A program made the position numbers and the translations under genes. A DNA stretch of 64,000 bases from an uncultured Eubacteriales bacterium (lineage in GTDB: Bacteria > Acidobacteriota > Aminicenantia > Aminicenantales > Aminicenantaceae): positions 2,992 through 66,991 of the forward strand of contig CAZSZS010000040.1 of assembly GCA_964611275.1 (NCBI GenBank), written 5' to 3'. The notes under the pieces are model-generated. The model saw only the letters and a list, made by a program, of their open reading frames with translations, was not told the DNA's origin and made no database searches. Every line of letters begins with the position of its first letter. Positions within the stretch are counted from its first letter, which is position 1. Below, one piece after another: positions 55,887-64,000 of the stretch.

Positions 55887-57368
55887 ATGAATAATATTCC
55901 GAAAATAAAGCTGGGAATGGTGGCTGTGAGCAGAGACTGTTTCCCTATTGAATTGTCGAAAAAAAGACGGGAAAAAGTCTTCGAAAAATGCAGGGATAAA
56001 AAAATCGATATCGTAAAAATCAATACCATTATTGAGAATGAACAGGATGTGATGAAAGCTCTCAAAGAGATCAAGGAACAGGGAATAAATGCGCTGGTTG
56101 TTTATTTAGGGAATTTTGGGCCGGAAGGACCTACGACCATGCTGGCTGAGAAATTCCAGGGTCCTTGCATGTTTACAGCAGCGGCCGAAGAGCCTGGGAA
56201 TAATTTGATCCAGGACAGAGGGGACGCTTACTGCGGCATGCTGAATGCGTCATACAATATGGGATTGAGAAATATAAATCCTTATATACCTGATTTTCCA
56301 GTTGGGACAGCTGTGCAGATCGCTGATATGATCAAGGACTTTATCCCTATCGCAAGGGTTGTAAATGGAATAAAAGGCCTTAAAATATTTTCATTTGGCC
56401 CTAGACCTCAGGATTTTCTGGCATGCAATGCTCCTATCAAAGCTTTGTATGACCTTGATGTGGAGATCATGGAAAACAGTGAGCTGGACCTTTATGATAT
56501 CTTTCGCAAGGCAGAAGGCAGCCCGGACATTGAAAAAATCACAAAGGCAATGACCGAAGAGCTTGGGGGAGGAAACCAGTATCCTGACCTTCTTAAAAGG
56601 CTGGCCCAGTATGAAGTGGCTCTCTTAAGGTTCTATGAAGACAATCTCGGTGCAAGTAAGTACGGGGTGTTTGCCAACAAATGCTGGCCTGCTTTTGAAA
56701 GCTATTTTAGATTTGTTCCCTGTTATGTGAACTCCAGGCTTGCTTCGAACGGAATACCGGTTGCTTGCGAGGTGGATATCTATGGTGCCCTGAGTGAATT
56801 CATGGCTGTGTGCGCTACAGAATTTCCGGCTACCCTTTTGGATATCAACAACACAGTGCCGGAAGATATGTATATAAAATCTGAGGAAAAGATAGGGAAC
56901 TATAAAACAAACGATCTTTTCATGGGTTTTCACTGTGGAAATACCGCTTCCTGCTGTTTGATTGATCCAAAGATGAAATACCAGCTCATTATGAACCGCC
57001 TTCTGGAGGGCGGAGAGAAGCCGGATATAACAAGGGGAACTCTGGAGGGAAGGATCAGGCCGGGCGATGTGACAATTTTCAGACTTCAGTCAACGGCGGA
57101 TACAACCCTGAAAAGTTATATAGCCGAGGGAGAGGTTCTGGATATAAATCCGGGCTCTTTTGGGAGCATAGGAGTTTTTGCGATCAAAGAAATGTCCAGG
57201 TTTTACAGATACGTGCTCATAGAAAAAAGATTCCCTCACCATACAGCGGTTGCTTTTAAACACACAGGGAAGATCCTGTATGAAGCCGTCAAAATGCTCG
57301 GGATAAGCGATATTTCTTTCAATCAACCAAAAGAAATGTTGTATGAAAGGGAGAATCCATTCTTATGA
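55887..57368 (+). CDS. L-fucose/L-arabinose isomerase family protein (FucI-like, COG2407), probable arabinose isomerase of this cluster
   Basis: RBS AAAGGAGG, ATG 55887. About 490 aa with FucI-family layout (…VVYLGNFGPEG…, …GFHCGN…). It is not the canonical AraA N-terminus. Confidence 0.65.
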   Translation: MNNIPKIKLGMVAVSRDCFPIELSKKRREKVFEKCRDKKIDIVKINTIIENEQDVMKALKEIKEQGINALVVYLGNFGPEGPTTMLAEKFQGPCMFTAAAEEPGNNLIQDRGDAYCGMLNASYNMGLRNINPYIPDFPVGTAVQIADMIKDFIPIARVVNGIKGLKIFSFGPRPQDFLACNAPIKALYDLDVEIMENSELDLYDIFRKAEGSPDIEKITKAMTEELGGGNQYPDLLKRLAQYEVALLRFYEDNLGASKYGVFANKCWPAFESYFRFVPCYVNSRLASNGIPVACEVDIYGALSEFMAVCATEFPATLLDINNTVPEDMYIKSEEKIGNYKTNDLFMGFHCGNTASCCLIDPKMKYQLIMNRLLEGGEKPDITRGTLEGRIRPGDVTIFRLQSTADTTLKSYIAEGEVLDINPGSFGSIGVFAIKEMSRFYRYVLIEKRFPHHTAVAFKHTGKILYEAVKMLGISDISFNQPKEMLYERENPFL

Positions 57369-57479
57369 AGGGAACTTGCTTAAGTGCTTCTCTTTTATCC
57401 TGGATAGGTCAGGTTATTTGACTTTGGTTAAATATTTATATACATATAATCCAGAATTTCATGTAAGGGGATTGTTCCG

Positions 57480-58166
57480 ATGAAGAGAGATACGATATTG
57501 AACTTGGCTTCCTTAAAGGACCAAGTGTATGAATACATCCGCTCTTTGATGAAAGTTGGGGAATTAAGACCGGGTTCGTCCATAGACATGAATGCCACGA
57601 GCCAGAAATTGGGCATCAGTAAAACTCCGCTCAGGGACGCGCTGATCAGGCTGGAAATGGAAGGATTTGTCAGTATTCTCCCCAGAAGGGGTGTGGTTGT
57701 CAATACACTGACAGTGCAGGATATCAAGGATTTTTATCAAATACTCGGCGCGCTTGAAAGCACGGCGGTTCTTACAGCTTCCTCCTCTTTTGGCCGGAGA
57801 GAGATGAACGAGCTGAGGAAGCTGAATGACCTGATGGATAAAGCCATAAAAAAGGATGATTTCAATACCTATTATGAAGAAAACCTTAAATTTCATGATG
57901 TCTATCTTAAGCGTTCAGGAAACAAGACGTTAAGAAAAACAGCAGATATTTTAAAAAAAAGGCTGTATGATTTTCCAAGAAGGGAAGGTTATATTAAAAA
58001 ATGGGAGGAATCTTCCATTAAGGAACATGAACAGTTCATGGAGATGATGGAGCGCGGGGCGTATCAGGAGGCCGCTGATTTTATCCGTGATGTACACTGG
58101 TCTTTTGAAGTACAGGAAAAATATATCCGCCAATATTATTCAGAAAATAAAAAGCCTGATAAGTAA
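57480..58166 (+). CDS. GntR family regulator (FadR/FCD subfamily)
   Basis: N-terminal wHTH LRPGSSIDMNATSQKLGISKTPLRDALIRLEMEGFV. All-helical FCD-type C-terminus. Confidence 0.85.
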   Translation: MKRDTILNLASLKDQVYEYIRSLMKVGELRPGSSIDMNATSQKLGISKTPLRDALIRLEMEGFVSILPRRGVVVNTLTVQDIKDFYQILGALESTAVLTASSSFGRREMNELRKLNDLMDKAIKKDDFNTYYEENLKFHDVYLKRSGNKTLRKTADILKKRLYDFPRREGYIKKWEESSIKEHEQFMEMMERGAYQEAADFIRDVHWSFEVQEKYIRQYYSENKKPDK

Positions 58167-58173
58167 GGAAATT

Positions 58174-58225
58174 AACCTGAACTATTCATAAAAAAATGGC
58201 GATGTATGTATGAATAATCCAGGTT
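58174..58225 (+). repeat. Copy C of the 31-nt motif (58174-58204) plus a matching right arm forming a long hairpin
   Basis: AACCTGAACTATTCATAAAAAAATGGCGATG. AACCTGAACTATTCATA pairs with TATGAATAATCCAGGTT (58209-58225) at 15 of 17 positions. Followed by TATTTT, so it is terminator-like after gntR. Confidence 0.75.
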
Positions 58226-58258
58226 TATTTTGATCATTTCTATGAAAGGAGTGAGGAG

Positions 58259-59866
58259 ATGAAAAAATACACATATGTCATTCTGATTTTGCTGTCCGTG
58301 GTTTTTTTATGGAGCTGTCAAGGGAACAAGGCCAAACAGAGCATTACACCGGGGGAGATAGAAGGGCATATCAGGTTCCTATCGGATGACCTCCTGGAGG
58401 GAAGGGCTGTTGGTTCAAGAGGCCTGAAGATCGCAGCTTTGTATCAGGAAAATTTCTTTAGAAGACTGGGATTAGAGCCCGCTTTCGGGGATAGCTATCG
58501 CCAAACAGTGAATCTTGTTGGAAGCCGGCCCGATCCCCTGGCGAGCATTGAGTTCCTATTTGAATCTCTTTCCATAAGACCGGCGATTCATGAAGAATTT
58601 GTCGTGGGCTCCGAAAGAAGAGACTGTCCGGAAGGTATAGAAGGAGAGCTTGTCTACGGAGGTTATCTTATTCAGGCGCCCGAGAGAAATTGGGATGATA
58701 TAAAAGGTACTGACCTCAGAGGAAAAGTCCTTCTTGTGGAGATAAATGAGCCCGGTAATTACCCTGATGGAATATTTGAGGGGGAGGACATGACTTATTA
58801 TGGGAGGTGGACGTATAAGTTTGAGAAAGCATCAGAGCTGGGAGCGGCTGGTGTTCTCATCATTCATAACAGAAAAGGAGCGGCATACGGATGGGATGTG
58901 GTCAAAAACTCCTGGTCGGGAGAGTCATTTTTTCTTCCTGATGTCAACAACAATCTTTTTTTCCATGGATGGATCAATAAAGAGACAGCGGAAAAAGTGA
59001 TCAAAGAGGCTGGATATGAAAGGCAGGTGCTGGAAGAGAGTGCCTCCAGAGAAGATTTCAGGCCGGTTTTTATGGGGGCAAACGTCAGAGTGAGACAAAA
59101 ACCTGAATTTTTCTCTGTAAAGAGCGAAAACATAGCGGCTGTTCTTAGAGGAAAGATCAAAAAAGGGGAAAGGCGGGCGGTTATTCTTTCCGCCCATTAC
59201 GATCACTTTGGGAAAGATGAGAGCAGAGAGGGAGATCAAATATACAACGGAGCGGTTGACAATTGTTCTGCTTCAGCATCCATGCTTTCACTGGCCCGTT
59301 ACTATGCGCAAAGCGGAAAAAAGCCGAAGGTGGATCTGATTTTCGTAGCGGTCACTGCAGAGGAACAGGGCCTTCTTGGGTCTGATTATTTCGCAAGGCA
59401 TCTTCCGGTCTCTTCATCATCCGTTCTTGCCAATCTTAATTTTGAGATGACAAATGTATGGGGAAGAACCAAGGAACTATACACCATAGGAGGCAGTCAC
59501 AGTGATCTGGGTGATATCTGTGCCAGGGCAGCGAATAATATGGGCCTTGAATATATTCCGGAACGGAATAAAGAACTGGGATATTTTTTCCGTTCTGACC
59601 AGCTGAGCTTTGCAAGGGCCGGTATTCCGGCCGTTTGGCTTCACGAAGGCATTACTTCTTTTGGAAAAGACAGTGATCATATCCAGAAGAAGAGCCAGGA
59701 TTACCGAGAGTTAAGGTATCATCAAGTGACCGATGAGTATGAAGAGGACTGGGATCTGGAAGGTACGGTACAGATCACAGAGTGGGCAAGAGAGATTATT
59801 TCCCTGCTGTCTGATTTGGATGAAATGACTCAGTTCAAGGAAACCAGCTCTTTTAAGAGAAAATAA
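58259..59866 (+). CDS. M28 family aminopeptidase lipoprotein with PA domain
   Basis: Lipobox FLWSC. Zinc-ligand blocks SAHYDHFG, AVDNCSA, TAEEQGLLGS, and later His/Asp blocks. Confidence 0.85.
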   Translation: MKKYTYVILILLSVVFLWSCQGNKAKQSITPGEIEGHIRFLSDDLLEGRAVGSRGLKIAALYQENFFRRLGLEPAFGDSYRQTVNLVGSRPDPLASIEFLFESLSIRPAIHEEFVVGSERRDCPEGIEGELVYGGYLIQAPERNWDDIKGTDLRGKVLLVEINEPGNYPDGIFEGEDMTYYGRWTYKFEKASELGAAGVLIIHNRKGAAYGWDVVKNSWSGESFFLPDVNNNLFFHGWINKETAEKVIKEAGYERQVLEESASREDFRPVFMGANVRVRQKPEFFSVKSENIAAVLRGKIKKGERRAVILSAHYDHFGKDESREGDQIYNGAVDNCSASASMLSLARYYAQSGKKPKVDLIFVAVTAEEQGLLGSDYFARHLPVSSSSVLANLNFEMTNVWGRTKELYTIGGSHSDLGDICARAANNMGLEYIPERNKELGYFFRSDQLSFARAGIPAVWLHEGITSFGKDSDHIQKKSQDYRELRYHQVTDEYEEDWDLEGTVQITEWAREIISLLSDLDEMTQFKETSSFKRK

Positions 59867-59935
59867 AGGATGAAATTCTATCCTAGATGATTTTTTACTT
59901 TTGAGCTTAAAAGTTTTGTGTTAAAATAAAACAAA

Positions 59936-60760
59936 ATGGAAAAAGAACCATCGAAAAGTTCCTATTTTTCAGATTATCTTAAACCCTCTCAAATTATTCT
60001 CGACTTGGATGCAACGGATAAAAAGGAAGTTCTTGAAGAGCTTCTGGAACTGCTGAAAAAACAAAAATTAATAAAGAACAAGAAACCGATCCTAACCAGA
60101 ATCATTGACAGGGAAAGACTCGAGTCGACTGGAATCGGCCATCATGTGGCTTTGCCTCATGCACGATTTAATACAGGAGTTAAAGATATCGCCGTGGTAG
60201 TGGGGAGACTCAATAAGGGCATAGATTTCGATGCCATTGATAAGAAAAAAGTCAAACTCATCATCCTTATTGTGTGGAATCCAGCTATTCCGGGCCTTTT
60301 CAATCATCTGTTTGCTGGATTAGCTCAATTCCTTTCCAGCGATAAGTTCAGGAAAAGACTTTTTACGGCTGAAACACCTGCCGAGTTGTATAAGATTCTT
60401 TCTGAAATAGAGCTGCATCTACCTCCCATTGAAGATAAAATCATTCATAGGGGAAGACTTTTATGGAAGCTGCAGGAGATAGAACTTAAAAAGAAAAAGG
60501 CGAAAAAGCAGGAGTTGGAAGAACTGAAGCAGCAGGCTGAATTGATCAGAGCGGAGCTGGATAAATCCCTTCTCGACCGGTTTGACAGGCTTATGGACAG
60601 ATATGGATTTGCTGTAGCTGAGGTTAAAGACGGAACTTGTATGGGTTGTTATATCAATATCGCCACAGGGATGAGTTCAGCTATCGAAGGCAGCAATGAT
60701 ATCTATGTCTGCGAAAACTGTGGCAAATTCCTTGTGTCTGCAGAGAGAGAAGAGAAGTAG
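59936..60760 (+). CDS. PTS EIIA-2 (PtsN-like) domain fused to a coiled coil and a C4 zinc ribbon (COG1579-type C-terminus)
   Basis: EIIA-Ntr-like N-terminus with GIGHHVALPHARF (phospho-His position). Lys/Glu coiled coil. RLMDRYGFAVAEVKDGTCMGCYINI...YVCENCGKFLV. Confidence 0.75.
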   Translation: MEKEPSKSSYFSDYLKPSQIILDLDATDKKEVLEELLELLKKQKLIKNKKPILTRIIDRERLESTGIGHHVALPHARFNTGVKDIAVVVGRLNKGIDFDAIDKKKVKLIILIVWNPAIPGLFNHLFAGLAQFLSSDKFRKRLFTAETPAELYKILSEIELHLPPIEDKIIHRGRLLWKLQEIELKKKKAKKQELEELKQQAELIRAELDKSLLDRFDRLMDRYGFAVAEVKDGTCMGCYINIATGMSSAIEGSNDIYVCENCGKFLVSAEREEK

Positions 60761-60826
60761 GGATTATAAGTAAAGGCTCTCCAATAAACCTTATTATCAT
60801 AGGAATAAATCCGTAAAATTAACTGC

Positions 60827-60855
60827 TTGACATGTAATTTAGCATATCGTATAAT
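60827..60855 (+). promoter_or_regulatory. Consensus sigma70 promoter of the RHH gene
   Basis: TTGACA (60827-60832), 17 nt, TATAAT (60850-60855). Both hexamers match consensus exactly. Confidence 0.7.
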
Positions 60856-60870
60856 GTATTTAAAATACAT
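60854..60870. promoter_or_regulatory. Perfect 8-1-8 palindrome ATGTATTTAAAATACAT overlapping the -10/TSS; candidate operator
   Basis: All 8 arm positions checked by hand as complementary. Overlaps the last 2 nt of the -10 hexamer, 16 nt upstream of the RHH ATG. Confidence 0.5.
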
Positions 60871-60885
60871 GTAAAGGAGTTATCA

Positions 60886-61281
60886 ATGACTGGAAAAAAG
60901 GATTCAGGCAGTAAAAACAGTGAGGAGACAAAAAAGGAAAAAAAGGGCGCTCTGGAAGATTTAGGAAATCAGGTCGAGAAATTTGCGAACAGAACGGCTG
61001 AGTCGATAAAAAAGGCTATTGACAGGGCGCTTTCTTCCAGAAACACGGTGCTGACTATCAGAGTCAATGATGATTCGAATGAAAAGATAAACAGGCTGGT
61101 AGAGTCAGGACTTTTTAAGACGAGATCAGAAAGCGCTGCTTTTTTGATCATGGAGGGGATCAAATCTCAGCAGGCCCTCTTTGATAAGATCGAGGGAAAA
61201 ATCAAGAGAATAGAAAAAATAAAGGACGAACTAAAGTCTATAGTTACTGAAGAAATTGATAAGGAAACTATTAAAAAATAA
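60886..61281 (+). CDS. Ribbon-helix-helix (CopG/Arc-like) DNA-binding protein with basic N-tail and coiled-coil C-terminus
   Basis: TVLTIRVNDDSNEKINRLVESGLFKTRSESAAFLIMEGI fits a beta-alpha-alpha RHH. RBS AAGGAG. Confidence 0.6.
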   Translation: MTGKKDSGSKNSEETKKEKKGALEDLGNQVEKFANRTAESIKKAIDRALSSRNTVLTIRVNDDSNEKINRLVESGLFKTRSESAAFLIMEGIKSQQALFDKIEGKIKRIEKIKDELKSIVTEEIDKETIKK

Positions 61282-61329
61282 AAAAATACTCTCCAATAAA
61301 AAAAGAAGAGTGATTTGAAGGATTATCTC

Positions 61330-61560
61330 TTATTCTGCTTTTTCTTCCTCCTCTACTTCTTCTTCAAGCTTTTTTGTCCTGGCTGCATCTTTTATGCTGC
61401 TTATGCCGGCCACTAAAGCGATGAGTCCCCCGAAGAATAAAATAGGAGGGATACAGCCAAATAAGAGGTCCAGAAATTCTTGAGTCCAAACCAGAATGAC
61501 AAGTACGATACCACCTGCCATAGCAATGAGTCCTAATAGGATTGCAAAAAACTTACCCAT
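61330..61560 (-). CDS. Small two-TM membrane protein with acidic C-terminus
   Basis: 76 aa. Two hydrophobic helices, then KKLEEEVEEEEKAE. RBS-like GGGAGG upstream. No family recognised. Confidence 0.5.
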   Translation of the reverse strand: MGKFFAILLGLIAMAGGIVLVILVWTQEFLDLLFGCIPPILFFGGLIALVAGISSIKDAARTKKLEEEVEEEEKAE

Positions 61561-61693
61561 AAGTAAGCCTCCCTTTTTTATCTTAATTTTTCTGGTTGAT
61601 TATATCAAAAAGTTATTAAAAACTCAAAAAAAACATTTCTCTTTATTTTAAGGAATATGCTTTATAATTACAGATGGAAGGAGGAATAGATGT

Positions 61694-62290
61694 GTGATGA
61701 GTGAAACACCAGAGATCAGATGTGTTATTTTTGATATGGACGGGACCATTGTGGATGTTCCCTATGACTGGGACCAGATTAAAAGGGAGCTGGATACGCA
61801 GGGGAAGCCTATCCTTAATTATCTGGAGGGACTGAAGGAACCGGAGAGGTCCGAGAAGATGAATATCTTGATACGACACGAGAGCGAAGCGACTCAAAAA
61901 GCTGTTCTCAAAAAGGGAATGGCTGGTTTTATACGATTCATCAAGGAAAAGGGGATGCTTGTTTCTCTCGTCACAAATAATTCAAGAAAAAATGTTTCCT
62001 ATTTACTAAAAAAGTTTAACCTGGAGTTCGATCTTGTGATAAGCAGGGAGAGTGGTTTATGGAAGCCTTCTGCTGAACCGTTATTGGAGGTTTTTGACAG
62101 ACTTTCCCTAAGGAAAGAGGAATGTTGTGTGATAGGAGATTCCAGGTTCGATATTATAGCTGCCAGAGAAGCCGGAGTTGAAAAAATATTCATCATAAAT
62201 AAAGACGTCAATAAATTAAAAGACGATGGTGTCGAAGTGTTCCCTTCTGTCAGGGAACTCAAAAACGGACTGATCCGAATGATTGCTTGA
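61694..62290 (+). CDS. HAD-superfamily hydrolase (phosphatase, subfamily IA-like)
   Basis: Motif I VIFDMDGTIVD, motif II VTNN, motif IV GDSRFD. Start is GTG 61694 or ATG 61697. Confidence 0.85.
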   Translation: MMSETPEIRCVIFDMDGTIVDVPYDWDQIKRELDTQGKPILNYLEGLKEPERSEKMNILIRHESEATQKAVLKKGMAGFIRFIKEKGMLVSLVTNNSRKNVSYLLKKFNLEFDLVISRESGLWKPSAEPLLEVFDRLSLRKEECCVIGDSRFDIIAAREAGVEKIFIINKDVNKLKDDGVEVFPSVRELKNGLIRMIA

Positions 62291-62455
62291 AAAGTCTGCT
62301 GCATTTGACAATTTCCAGGATTCGTTCATAATAAATGATTAAATTGGTTTGATCCAAAAAGGCAGAAAAGATGCTTTTTTGTATTTACTGCCCTGATGCT
62401 TTGATGCGTGAAAAGTCCTGATGAAGAAAGATGTATTATGATGCAAGAAAGTAAG

Positions 62456-64000
62456 ATGAAGAGGATTCTGAGTTTTTATCTGGTTGTGTTTCTTTTTTTC
62501 TTAGTTTTCTCTTTAAATGGATGTAAAGGAAAGAGGAGTAACTATATCCTTATTACATTGGACACCCAGAGAGCAGACTATTTGAGCTGTTATGATCCGG
62601 AAAATGCAAAGACGCCCCATTTCGACCTCCTGGCAAGTGAAGGCATATTATATGAAAACTGTTATTCTTTGACTCCCATCACCCTGCCTTCTCATGGTTC
62701 TGTTCTTTACTCCCAACCACCCCATCAATTAAGGTCATACAACAACGGACATGTTATTAAGGAAAAAAGGAACAGGCCTTCTTTTGTAAAAATATTCCGG
62801 AAAAAGGGCTATACAACAGCAGCCTTTGTCTCTTTGGGTGTTTTAGCATCAAGATTTGGATTGGATGAAGGATTTGACTTATATGATGACCAGTTCGCAG
62901 AGGGAAGATGGTATTTAACTGCTGGGGAGGTCAATCAGAAAGTTTTTCCATGGTTGGAAGAAAACAGCCAAAAAGATTTTTTTTTATGGATTCATTACTC
63001 TGACCCGCATGAACCCTATTATCCTCAGGATGCTCCTCCGGACCTTTCTCTCTTTTTGAACGGCCATCTTGTCGGCGAGTATAATTTGAACAAGACCACA
63101 TACTCGGTAGAACTGGACTTAGAAAAAGGGAAAAATAAACTCAAATTTGAATTGAAAAATAATTTTATTACGAGCACATTTCCTTTAAGGGCGAGGTTTG
63201 AAAACCTTACTCTTGCAGAGATGGAGGATGAACAGAACATTAAAATCGAATTCGGAGAAGGCTGGATATTTAAGAATGGGAATGATTCTGCTTTTATGGA
63301 CCCTGAGGCTGTTGTGAATATCTCAAGTCTTGTCGAACAAAGAAAAGCGGCTTTTTCTTTTAATGGAAATATACTTCTTCCTTTTGATGCAAAGAGGGAA
63401 AATTATAAATTAGATGTAGAATATATGGATAGGAAATTCGGGGAACTCATAGATAAGCTCAAAAACCTCGGCCTTATGAAAAACACACATATACTTGTGG
63501 TGGGGGACCATGGTGAGAGCCTTGGGGATTATATGAATTATGACGGGAAACCTCATTTTGGACACATATTTTTTCTCTATGATGTTTATATGAAGGTCCC
63601 TCTTATTGTCTATAATCCTTTTTCGAAAAAAAGGGGGATCCGGGTTTCAGACCCCGTATCTCTTTTGGATATTGCTCCTACCATAATGGATACTATGGAT
63701 TTTGGCCGTCTCCCTCACTTCAAGGGAGAAAGCATAAACAACCTGAGAGCGGAAAATAATGGTATTGTTTTTGAGGAGACATATAAACCTCAGGCGATCA
63801 GGAATAAATTTGCGTTGCTTCATTATCCTTTTCACTTGATCTTCACTCCTGATTCAGGAAAATACGAACTGTATGATTTGGGGACCGATCCGTGGGAAAG
63901 GAATAATATCTATGATGAGAAAAGTGAAGAGGATCAGATTGCCCGGATGAAAAGAATACTTGATGACACGGTGCGCAAGGTCATAAGGGATAAAATAGAG
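62456..64000 (+). CDS. Sulfatase-like (alkaline-phosphatase superfamily) lipoprotein; 3' end outside the window
   Basis: Absent from the ORF track because no stop occurs before the window end. My translation is open for 515 codons. Lipobox SLNGC, ILITLDTQRADYL, TPITLPSHGS (Thr at the nucleophile position), HYSDPHEPY, VVGDHGESLG. Confidence 0.8.
   Translation, partial: MKRILSFYLVVFLFFLVFSLNGCKGKRSNYILITLDTQRADYLSCYDPENAKTPHFDLLASEGILYENCYSLTPITLPSHGSVLYSQPPHQLRSYNNGHVIKEKRNRPSFVKIFRKKGYTTAAFVSLGVLASRFGLDEGFDLYDDQFAEGRWYLTAGEVNQKVFPWLEENSQKDFFLWIHYSDPHEPYYPQDAPPDLSLFLNGHLVGEYNLNKTTYSVELDLEKGKNKLKFELKNNFITSTFPLRARFENLTLAEMEDEQNIKIEFGEGWIFKNGNDSAFMDPEAVVNISSLVEQRKAAFSFNGNILLPFDAKRENYKLDVEYMDRKFGELIDKLKNLGLMKNTHILVVGDHGESLGDYMNYDGKPHFGHIFFLYDVYMKVPLIVYNPFSKKRGIRVSDPVSLLDIAPTIMDTMDFGRLPHFKGESINNLRAENNGIVFEETYKPQAIRNKFALLHYPFHLIFTPDSGKYELYDLGTDPWERNNIYDEKSEEDQIARMKRILDDTVRKVIRDKIE

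Noticed and set aside
60777-61300. 12-mer CTCTCCAATAAA found after both the PtsN-fusion stop (60777-60788) and the RHH stop (61289-61300).
   Set aside because: Exact 12-mer repeats are expected many times by chance in 64 kb of AT-biased sequence. The flanks show no further similarity.
1-64000. Searched by eye for CRISPR arrays, long tandem repeats, transposase/integrase/recombinase genes, reverse transcriptases, phage structural genes, restriction-modification genes or other known defence genes.
   Set aside because: None recognised. Every ORF over 100 aa that I consider real has a housekeeping, metabolic or envelope assignment, or is a plain hypothetical. I cannot exclude small or highly divergent defence genes without profile searches.

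Overview
Dense, mostly housekeeping and metabolic chromosomal DNA. I can support 55 protein-coding genes (two cut by the window edges) and one tRNA-Ala(GGC). I recognised no rRNA, CRISPR array, transposase, integrase or phage gene, so this does not read as a mobile island. Outer-membrane beta-barrels, a TonB-type protein and a DUF5916 barrel indicate a diderm bacterium. Pta-AckA, a rubredoxin-flavin reductase, a heterodisulfide-reductase-like Fe-S flavoprotein and a lysine-less IscS suggest an anaerobe. Phylum cannot be set from this window; the PadR+FtsX pairing and 6-bladed propeller lipoproteins only weakly hint at Acidobacteria/Aminicenantes-like lineages. Blocks from left to right: S9 peptidase (partial); lexA-dinB-dnaE2 mutagenesis cassette; receiver-TonB fusion; DUF72; pta-ackA; GH172/DUF2961; orphan ABC binding protein; acylphosphatase, cupin, YHS protein; meaB plus methylmalonyl-CoA epimerase; a 1298-aa NtrY-like histidine kinase coupled to a DUF4783-like gene; ArfB-like GGQ protein; decayed ECF sigma locus; a long minus-strand operon (ftsH-folP-cdaA-cdaR-glmM-pdxJ-M20 amidohydrolase-SGNH hydrolase); tRNA-Ala; polX; usp; two tandem OMP paralogs; NHL-type propeller lipoprotein; DUF5916 protein; GlcD/GlcF-type flavo-Fe-S fusion with a Met-rich tail; tusA-dsrE-iscS-iscU operon; padR plus FtsX permease; flavin reductase-rubredoxin; amino-acid permease-USP fusion; araB-araD-(FucI-family isomerase)-gntR; M28 peptidase; PtsN-zinc-ribbon fusion; RHH protein; HAD hydrolase; sulfatase-like protein (partial). 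Best candidates for something new: (1) the tusA-dsrE-iscS-iscU operon. Its IscS lacks the PLP lysine (SSND instead of SGHK) and its IscU carries a degenerate thioredoxin-reductase NADPH-subdomain. (2) A pseudo-receiver (Asp->Glu)-TM-TonB_C fusion. (3) A near-identical 31-nt intergenic motif present three times. (4) A PtsN(EIIA-Ntr)-COG1579 zinc-ribbon fusion. (5) A 134-nt multi-helix element in a convergent intergenic gap. All family calls come from motif recognition by eye. No database search was run.
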